Notes under the pieces: model-generated
What the model saw: the letters and a program-made list of their open reading frames with translations, nothing else
Told to the model about the DNA's origin: nothing
The model's database searches: none
Shown here: in pieces, positions 10,244-17,245 of the stretch
How positions within the stretch are numbered: the stretch's first letter is position 1
Layout of the letters: each line of letters starts with the position of its first letter
Source of the DNA: Methanobacterium sp.
GTDB taxonomy: Archaea > Methanobacteriota > Methanobacteria > Methanobacteriales > Methanobacteriaceae
Direction: 5' to 3'
DNA: 20,648 nt
Assembly: GCA_003166335.1 (NCBI GenBank)
Contig: PMWA01000091.1
Location: forward strand, 845 to 21,492
Made by a program: the position numbers and the translations under genes

Positions 10244-11308
10244 CTATGGTAAGTTAGTGGCGGAACTGTTAACGACGTATGATTGTAGTATGCTGGGAAC
10301 GTTTGTGGAAATGTTGGTTAATATTGCTGGTGTTATTGGAATAAGATAATTACTTTGAGTTATATTTATTCCAGTAGAACTTAACATTAGTTGTACGTAC
10401 TCTTCTGCTATTTGTTTATCTGGAGCGTTGTTAAGTATGGTGATACCATATATTATTGGCGCCATTTTCACTACTGAGCTGTTATTAGCATCGCTGAATT
10501 GTTTTAATTGTATAGTGTTATAATTTGATTGATATGTTGCGTTAGTTAGTGCTAATTCCTCGGGGAGTGTTACATAGGTAAGATTTGCTGACTGGGCTAA
10601 ACTTTTATATGTGATAAGATAGTCGATGGAGTCGGTTTGTACAAGAGGTGTTAATGCTGCAGCGTCTGCTCCAATCGTTAAGTTACCATGAGGATTCTCG
10701 TTGGTTGGAACATTTATTGTGAAGTTTGTGCCGTTTGCAACAGATGTGATTGCAGAGTTATTGGCGATGAGATTACTGAAGATGGTGCTATTATTGTAGT
10801 ATGAGTTTGCAAGTTGTAACATCATCACAGAGTAGGCTCCTGCTGGATCAGAATTAGGATCACTGACAGCATATTTTACGCCGGGTTGTGATAATATTTG
10901 ATACCAGTTGTTACTATTAATCTGCCTAGCATTTTTACTTTTATTAGTATAGGCGACTACTAATTCGTTAGCAGCGTACTGTATGTTATAACTACTGTAA
11001 TTAGGTATTAACTTCGTGTTGATGAGAACTGCATTAGCTGATATCATAATATCAGGGGTCTTGTTAAGTTGGGTTATCTGGCTAATTAAAGCTGAGCTTC
11101 CCTGGTAAGTTGGTTGAATGTTTACATGGGGGTATTTAGAGTTGAATTGAGCATTAGTTTGATTTATGGGTGTCGCTAAACTATCAGCAGCGTATATAAC
11201 TAGAGTACCATTCTGTGAAGAACCACTATAGGCACTATATCCGTATACGCCGATTCCTACAATGATAATCGCTATGATAACTAATAATGCGATCATTGTC
11301 CTTTTCAT
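10244..11308 (-). CDS. wtpA: Tungstate/molybdate ABC transporter substrate-binding protein (WtpA/ModA family), with N-terminal membrane anchor
   Basis: N-terminal hydrophobic anchor; AADSL, GSS, SDPNSDPAG, DYLITYKS and PIIYGITI motifs; upstream of the permease and ATPase. Confidence 0.8.
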   Translation of the reverse strand: MKRTMIALLVIIAIIIVGIGVYGYSAYSGSSQNGTLVIYAADSLATPINQTNAQFNSKYPHVNIQPTYQGSSALISQITQLNKTPDIMISANAVLINTKLIPNYSSYNIQYAANELVVAYTNKSKNARQINSNNWYQILSQPGVKYAVSDPNSDPAGAYSVMMLQLANSYYNNSTIFSNLIANNSAITSVANGTNFTINVPTNENPHGNLTIGADAAALTPLVQTDSIDYLITYKSLAQSANLTYVTLPEELALTNATYQSNYNTIQLKQFSDANNSSVVKMAPIIYGITILNNAPDKQIAEEYVQLMLSSTGINITQSNYLIPITPAILTNISTNVPSILQSYVVNSSATNLP

Positions 11309-11473
11309 ATATTTTTTCCTCCTAAAAATTTAATTTTTAACAACAATTACTATAGTGAATTACATATTTATACGCATCGATAATTTATTATATACGATTG
11401 ATAAATATTTAATAATAAGTTATAAGGAATTAAAATTCACATTTAAGGGATATTAATCTATCAATAAAAAAAT

Positions 11474-12523
11474 TTATATAAACTTGCATAAAAACAATTC
11501 ATCAAAAAATGGACATCTTCCCCTACATTCAGAGATTACTGTACATCCCCTGCACTCTGATTTACAATTCGCATATATATTACTCCGATAATTGGCAAAT
11601 AAATCATGCCATACATATTCAAAATTAAATTGTTTTAAATTATAACTGTACACATTACTATTACAAAAGGAGCAGGGCTTTACATTCATCTTCTCATCTA
11701 TATATACACTGAAAAATCCACATTCACAACTATCCAAAAACTCCTTATCCAACTTAGTATTTTTCATTAAAACCGGAACAAAACAAGCATCAAAACCTAT
11801 ATTTAAACATGTAAACGGATTTTGAACCAAGTCTAGAAATAATTTCAATTTATCAGTGGATTTAATAACATCACCATTTACAGCACGTCCAGTGGGTTTA
11901 TAAGTTAAAAATATGATAGAATTGAAAGATTTTAAGTATTCATCATATTTCCCACTTAAAATTTCAATTGATTGGGGTAATGTTTTCTCTGAAACAACAT
12001 AATGAATATTAGTGCGAATTTTTTCATTTAAAAGACTTGATCCAAGTGTTGAAAGCTCTTCCAATGATAAACTCTCCCGATGGGGATCCCAGGATATGGC
12101 GACGGCACCACAATACTTCCTAGTTGCATCTAGGTTCTCCCTGTTGAAAAATCTACCGCAGGTAGTGTAATTAGGTATTATTCCAAATTCTTCCCGTGTT
12201 ATCTGAAGTATATTGTTAAATTCTGGGTGGAGTAACGGTTCACCACCACCCAATGCCACCTGGAATACTTTTCCATAGTTTGTACTGCTCAATTCGTTTA
12301 GAACATATCTATAATCTTCAACGGACATGAAATCTCCATTTTCATCACTCGACCTGTAACAGTGTTCACATCCATTAGTGCAGTAATTAGATATAGATAT
12401 ATCCGCAATCTCTGGCCAAGGTGCTGAATAGGGATTTTCAGAAAAACTATCACCCCACCTGAAGGTTACACCAGTTTCAGGAATACCCACAAAATTATAT
12501 CCATTAAAATGCTTTCTAATCAT
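11474..12523 (-). CDS. Radical SAM enzyme with C-terminal SPASM domain, function unknown
   Basis: CTNGCEHC (CxxxCxxC) and GGGEPLLHP; SPASM cysteines in CECG...VKPCSF and CKSECRGC...CRGRCP. Confidence 0.9.
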   Translation of the reverse strand: MIRKHFNGYNFVGIPETGVTFRWGDSFSENPYSAPWPEIADISISNYCTNGCEHCYRSSDENGDFMSVEDYRYVLNELSSTNYGKVFQVALGGGEPLLHPEFNNILQITREEFGIIPNYTTCGRFFNRENLDATRKYCGAVAISWDPHRESLSLEELSTLGSSLLNEKIRTNIHYVVSEKTLPQSIEILSGKYDEYLKSFNSIIFLTYKPTGRAVNGDVIKSTDKLKLFLDLVQNPFTCLNIGFDACFVPVLMKNTKLDKEFLDSCECGFFSVYIDEKMNVKPCSFCNSNVYSYNLKQFNFEYVWHDLFANYRSNIYANCKSECRGCTVISECRGRCPFFDELFLCKFI

Positions 12524-12585
12524 GATTATATTAAAAAAAATAATTTAGAGTACATAATTCTAAAAAATTTTTAATTTAAGAAGTT

Positions 12586-12987
12586 TTAATCGCAGGTACA
12601 TTTAGGGTCAATAGTTTGGGTAGCACCTACGCCATAAAGATCTCGACCTTTACCTTTAACCACTATCCAATTAATTAAATTCCACATCTCCTCATCCGAC
12701 AATTTACTTAAATCCATGCTGGCAATATCATCTGGATTAATATCATCTAACATGATGGATTTACCAATTTTAAATTTTTTCACAGTAAATAATACTTCAT
12801 CACTACCAATCTTAGTTTTATTACCTTCTGTTTCAAGTTCATCTCTCAAAAATGCTAGTAACTGTACTATCCCCTTTTCACCAGTTTTCTGGAAGTGCTC
12901 AATATTTGCCTTAAAAATATCTTCCTTAGCTGTTAAAATGAAACTGGTTGAACTACTATTAGTTACAAAATCCCCTCTAATTTTCAT
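12586..12987 (-). CDS. Hypothetical 133-aa protein with N-terminal MKIRGDFVTNSSSTSF motif; putative substrate or partner of the rSAM enzyme
   Basis: GGAGG RBS at 12998-13002 places the start at ATG 12987; co-oriented with and 62 nt upstream of the rSAM gene; ends in CTCD. Confidence 0.8.
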   Translation of the reverse strand: MKIRGDFVTNSSSTSFILTAKEDIFKANIEHFQKTGEKGIVQLLAFLRDELETEGNKTKIGSDEVLFTVKKFKIGKSIMLDDINPDDIASMDLSKLSDEEMWNLINWIVVKGKGRDLYGVGATQTIDPKCTCD

Positions 12988-13160
12988 AAAACCAAAACCT
13001 CCCATTATTAATATCAAAAAATAATTACTTTTTTCCAGTTAATTCTTTAATTTTATATTGTTTATTTTTTTCCTAAAATTTATTCAAAAAAAATTAATTT
13101 TATAAAAAGACAAAAATCTGTTCATGAATATTATTAATTTAATTCAATTATTTATTAATA

Positions 13161-13414
13161 TTAAATAAATCTTTTTTTCTCTAAGGGAATAACCGCTTTA
13201 AGATGAGTTTCTCCATCTAAAATCTTAACATCTATTCCATAGGCTTTCCTCATTTTCCTAAGTCATAACTTCCTCTGGTACTCCTTTAGCCATGATAGTA
13301 CCATTATTAGGATAATTATCTGATTGGATGAGATATGAATGTATGATCTGGGAAATGAGAAGTCATTATAACTGACAACTATTCCTTTGCTAAATTATCA
13401 TATTTTTTTCAATA
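13161..13414 (-). pseudogene. Degraded 3' remnant of a FepC/BtuD-type (iron/cobalamin-chelate) ABC ATPase; absent from the ORF track
   Basis: Minus-strand translation across frameshifts and stops: DNLAKE*LSVIMTSHFPDHTF / SNQIII / NNGTIMAKGVPEEVMT*EN / RKAYGIDVKILDGETHLKAVIP. This includes the H-loop and the GxPEEV...YG C-terminus typical of this ATPase class. Confidence 0.75.
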
Positions 13415-13416
13415 TA

Positions 13417-13830
13417 TTATTTTTTCCTCCATAGTAAGACCCATCGGGGGTTAGTGGTAGGGTGTTTTAGTGTTTCATTGTCTTTTTTGATTAAATTCTT
13501 TCTAAGAAAATTTTCGAGTTTTATTTTATCTTCTTTTTTAATTTCATTTACATTCCAGCCGTTTTTCCATAGGTAACGTGTCATGGCATCTTCAATGTTA
13601 TTATACACTGGAGGGGTCTGATTTTTAAACATTTCCACATTAGCGTATATATCTATTTGATAGAGCATGTTTAAGGCGTAGATGAAATTGGGGTGTTGAT
13701 GATATTCAACCTCCATGTATTCAGCTACTTCTTTATCAAATTGATCGGATATTGTTCCACATTTCATTCCAGTCAATATCCTCAATTTTTGAGATTGTAT
13801 TGTTTATATTACTATCCCTATCAGAACTAT
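13417..13830 (-). pseudogene. Class I SAM methyltransferase-like gene with the catalytic core deleted
   Basis: An N-terminal IEDIDWNEMW segment (IDWNEMW at 13757-13777) is joined out of frame to a C-terminal part (HPNFIYALNMLYQIDIYANVE...WVLLWRKK). No GxGxG motif lies between them. The 5' boundary is approximate. Confidence 0.6.
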
Positions 13831-13995
13831 CATAAAATTTTATTCGAAAATGTTTATTTTAACATATCTAATAATAATTGGATATAATATTTTTTCAATT
13901 AACCTAAACCCAAAGGAATCTTGAAAATTTTTTAATGAATGCAAAAAAAGTTATTTCAAATACTTCTAGTTGAAAATAGAAAATAACTAATAATA

Positions 13996-14148
13996 TTATA
14001 GTATTCCTTTCAATTTATTTTTTCTAATATAATCGTTTATGGATCTTCTAATTAGATTACCAATAGGTTTATTCCCTTTTTTCGCTGAGATTTCCTTTAA
14101 ATCCTGGTACATTTCTTCAGGTATTTTCATGGTTATTTGTTTATCCAT
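13996..14148 (-). CDS. Ribbon-helix-helix (CopG/MetJ/Arc-like) DNA-binding protein
   Basis: MDKQITMKIPEEMYQDLKEIS...IGNLIRRSINDYI has the beta-alpha-alpha RHH pattern; GAGG upstream of ATG 14148. Confidence 0.75.
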   Translation of the reverse strand: MDKQITMKIPEEMYQDLKEISAKKGNKPIGNLIRRSINDYIRKNKLKGIL

Positions 14149-14214
14149 TTTTGGGAATTCCTCTACAGAATTTATTAGCATAATTTTTTCAAAAATAATA
14201 ATTTTGGTAAATAG

Positions 14215-14796
14215 TTATTCATTTTCTGGGTTTATACACCATTTGCAGATGGTTTCGTTTTCATCTTGTACAAAGGATTCACCGCAAATGTTGCATATTG
14301 TCACTTTCTTTTTATGTTTTATGGGAAGGGGTAGATCGATTAAGTACCAGCTATAAACATCTGCATCTGCTTTTATGAGTTCGTTTATACCATCTTCATG
14401 GGAAACTTTAGCTTCGTTCATATACCATGCGTGGAATATGGGATAATCAACGGTTTTTTCAGGGTCTAGAACGATTCTGACACTTTTAACAGTTTCTTCT
14501 CCCGGTGGGGCTGCTTTGTTTATAGTTACAGCCATCTTTCCATGATCTATAATTTTCAAGCCTTTATTTCCTATGGTACTGCTGCATAGTATTTGGAATG
14601 TGTCTGGAAGGCAATTCTGGGTTTCGCAGGTTACGAAAATTCGATCACCCTCTTTTATGTCCAGTAATCTTCTGGCTAGGTTGAGCATTTGCAGACCTAT
14701 GAATGCTCCAGTACTCAGGTATCCGTGAAAGGGGATAATTTTCTCTATTTCTTCCCGTAAATCGGGGTCATCTATTTTTTCTATAATTTCATCCAT
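14215..14796 (-). CDS. fmdE: FmdE-family protein with C-terminal zinc finger
   Basis: FHGYLSTG, ETQNCLPD.FQ...STIGNKGL and GKMAVT motifs; C-terminal CNICGE...CKWC. The GGGTG RBS favours ATG 14796. Confidence 0.82.
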   Translation of the reverse strand: MDEIIEKIDDPDLREEIEKIIPFHGYLSTGAFIGLQMLNLARRLLDIKEGDRIFVTCETQNCLPDTFQILCSSTIGNKGLKIIDHGKMAVTINKAAPPGEETVKSVRIVLDPEKTVDYPIFHAWYMNEAKVSHEDGINELIKADADVYSWYLIDLPLPIKHKKKVTICNICGESFVQDENETICKWCINPENE

Positions 14797-15027
14797 TATT
14801 TTTACACCCAATTAAAATCGTTAAATATTAAGTAAAGAGGTTTTTTTAATTTTCCGATAAATTGTATAATGAAATTAAAAACTTTTAGTAAAAGTAGGAG
14901 TCTATTTCATCGTAAAATATTTATGAACAAGTTTTGAGTTTAGTATTATAGTATAGTTTATGAAATCAATTTACAGTATAATTTTAAGTTTGGTTTATTT
15001 TTTACTAGAAACTAATTTTTTTTAATG

Positions 15028-15158
15028 TGGATGCTAGGGCTCACACTTATCTTAGAATATCCCCTTTTTTTAATTTCCCAATTGGTTTGGTGATCTAACT
15101 GATCATTAAGGAGATAAATTCTTTTGGGTGTAAGCCCTTTTTAGGTAAAATGCATCCA
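15028..15158 (-). ncRNA. Putative structured RNA element (nested multi-stem) between the fwdF-like gene and fmdE; family unrecognised
   Basis: Nested complementary segments 15028-15034/15152-15158, 15036-15046/15128-15138 and 15054-15066/15108-15122, plus a hairpin at 15091-15105. The mismatches read as G-U pairs only on the minus strand. Confidence 0.5.
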
Positions 15159-15222
15159 TTTTTAAATATATTTTCCTGTAAGTAATTCAAAAAAATTTTA
15201 AAAAATAATAAATAAGTTAATT

Positions 15223-16239
15223 TTATTTGGATGTGGCTTCAACTAGTTTGTTCATTTGTTTTTGCCAGGATGCGCTGCGTACATTTTCGAGGTTAATTTT
15301 TTCTCTTTTTACGATTATGCCTTTTTGAGGGCAGGCTTTAGCACATGCTCCGCAGAGAATGCAGAATCTCTCATCAACTACGGATTTACCATCGACGATG
15401 GATACTGCATTGCAGGGGCAAATATCAACACAGGCATGGCAGGAATCTCCTTTACATTCGAAATCTTCTTTGAAGATTATTTCCCCTTCAAATGGTTTGG
15501 TAACGGTTGTTGCATCTACGGGGCAGACTTCTTGGCACCATCCACAGTTTATACATGTTTCTTCATCGATGAAAGCGTTTCCAGTAATTTCAGCGTCTTC
15601 AGGATGTATTTCATACGCTCCGTAGGAGCATGATCTGCACGCGGCTTTTATTGCTTTAACTGGGCAACTGCGTTTGCATATGAGACAATAAACACATTTA
15701 TCTTCATCAACCGTGATTTCAGGTTCTTCAGGATTTTCTTTGTTCATGGTTATTGCTTCTGCGGGGCACATTTCTTCACAGATTCCACAGTATATGCAAG
15801 TATCTTTATTTATATCTATTTCACCAGAAACCAGTTTAGTTCTTTCTGGTAGTTTTCTAGTGACGGTTATGGCTTCTGTGGGGCATGCAGTTTCGCATGC
15901 TTTACAGTATATGCAGGTTTCTTCGTCGATGTTTGCTTTCTGCTCCCATTTTGGATAGGCTTCGAGTTCTTTAATGTTTACGTCATCTATCTTGAATTCC
16001 ATAGCTTCAAATGGACATGAAGCTGCGCATAATCCACATAATGCGCATTTTTCTTTATCTACTTTCACGTAATCCATGTCTAGTAAGCCTCTAGCTATGG
16101 GTACTAGGGGACCTAATTTCAATGCTTCGGTTGGGCAAATGTCTGTACATATGCCACATCCTACACATTTTTCTTTTTTGTAGCTAAGAGAGCGTTTTTG
16201 GCTTCCTTCTCTTTCTACGGTGGGTTTTACCTCAGACAT
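15223..16239 (-). CDS. fwdF: Second FwdF-like polyferredoxin (paralog of 1660-2721)
   Basis: Eight ferredoxin motifs plus CRSCSYG; shares blocks such as [31 protein letters not shown] and CGWCQE with fwdF. Confidence 0.85.
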   Translation of the reverse strand: MSEVKPTVEREGSQKRSLSYKKEKCVGCGICTDICPTEALKLGPLVPIARGLLDMDYVKVDKEKCALCGLCAASCPFEAMEFKIDDVNIKELEAYPKWEQKANIDEETCIYCKACETACPTEAITVTRKLPERTKLVSGEIDINKDTCIYCGICEEMCPAEAITMNKENPEEPEITVDEDKCVYCLICKRSCPVKAIKAACRSCSYGAYEIHPEDAEITGNAFIDEETCINCGWCQEVCPVDATTVTKPFEGEIIFKEDFECKGDSCHACVDICPCNAVSIVDGKSVVDERFCILCGACAKACPQKGIIVKREKINLENVRSASWQKQMNKLVEATSK

Positions 16240-16258
16240 TTTTTATCACTTCCACTTT

Positions 16259-16452
16259 TTATGTTTTCTTGGATATTGCCTGGTTTGGACAGCTTTGAAT
16301 ACATATATCGCAATCATCACAGTTTTCTGGGACTAATACTATTTCATCGTCTTCTTCTATTAATGCTCCTTGTTCACATACCTTTATGCATAATCCTTCT
16401 CGGGGTAGTCTCTGATTTTTCCACATTTTTCCATGTCTATTACTATTGGCAT
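16259..16452 (-). pseudogene. Small 2x[4Fe-4S]-type ferredoxin, frameshifted (1-nt deletion)
   Basis: GTGAT RBS, then ATG 16452 MPIVIDMEKCGKIRDYP, continuing in another frame as EGLCIKVCEQGAL...CDDCDICIQSCPNQAI. The span is 194 nt, one short of 65 codons; the shift is near 16399-16405. Confidence 0.75.
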
Positions 16453-16499
16453 CGTTTATCACATTTTGAAAATTTATTTGAGTATAATAACCCCATATA

Positions 16500-16523
16500 C
16501 GATATGGATATATAAACATATCG
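16500..16523. promoter_or_regulatory. 24-bp palindromic operator (ModE-box-like) enclosing the minus-strand TATA box of the ferredoxin/fwdF-like unit
   Basis: CGATATG-N10-CATATCG with perfect 7-bp arms; the spacer reads TTTATATATC on the minus strand; about 50-70 nt upstream of ATG 16452. Confidence 0.6.
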
Positions 16524-16919
16524 ATTTAATTTTTAGGACTATAAACAAAGTATTCGACTAAAAAGATATTTACAAGGTCATAAACGAAGAATTGATAGCA
16601 GATAGCATGATTTCACTAATAAAGAATAAAATAAAATTGTAAATATGCAATCCTTTTTGGATATACAAAATATAATCTGTTATAAGCCTAGTTAAAACTG
16701 TATAATATAATGTTCTGGAAAATGAGTAATTGCATGTTGCATAAAATGTTTATCGTTTCAAAGTCTATAAAAAGGATTTTTTTTTAGCTCAAAGATTAAT
16801 AAATTAGTTCAAAAGAAGTTTTAATTTGTTATTTAGAATTATAATTATTTAAAAATAAGTAGAAAAATATTTAAAAAAAATTCAATAAAATAATTTTGGA
16901 GAAGAAATAATAATCAGTT

Positions 16920-17129
16920 TTATTCTTTTCCAACCATTATTTCAGTTGATTTTATTATTGCGGTGGCTTTGTCACCTTTTTTTAGACCTAGATTTTGTGC
17001 GGATTCTTTGGTGATTAATGCAGTTATAAGTCCTGGTGATTCTACTTTTATTTTAATGCTGGCCATAACCGCTCCTAATTCAACGTTTTCAATTGTACCT
17101 TCTAACATATTTCTAGCACTAATTTTCAA
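16920..17129 (-). CDS. mop: Molbindin / Mop (TOBE domain) molybdate/tungstate-binding protein
   Basis: MKISARN...G.I...LITKES...LGLKKGD...IIKSTEIMV; TTG start with GAGGTGA RBS. Confidence 0.9.
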   Translation of the reverse strand: MKISARNMLEGTIENVELGAVMASIKIKVESPGLITALITKESAQNLGLKKGDKATAIIKSTEIMVGKE

Positions 17130-17245
17130 CTATATCACCTCGTTTTAATATTTAATTTATATGTAATTAATTTCATTAAAACATTTTGATCATGTCATGT
17201 TCTTAATTACAGATCGAATATTTAATATTTGAAAATATTTTAAAG

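Noticed and set aside
15025..15093. 22-codon hydrophobic plus-strand ORF (MWMLGLTLILEYPLFLISQLVW) within the structured element, suggestive of a type I toxin
   Set aside because: There is no RBS, T-rich DNA yields hydrophobic codons by chance, and the G-U pattern favours the minus strand. It is not fully excluded without ribosome profiling.
15028..15158. Assignment of the structured element to the known Moco/Tuco, cobalamin or tRNA families
   Set aside because: I could not find the GNRA tetraloop/receptor layout of the Moco RNA, a B12 box, or a cloverleaf with a T-loop. It is left unassigned.
16453..16519. N-terminus of the ORF-track call 16259..16519
   Set aside because: It runs through the TATA/operator region. 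The RBS and the ferredoxin-like N-terminus start at 16452 in another frame.
17162..17211. TGTAATTAA...TTAATTACA inverted repeat in the mop/tsaA divergent spacer
   Set aside because: It is almost all A/T with a long spacer, so it is plausible by chance in this background.
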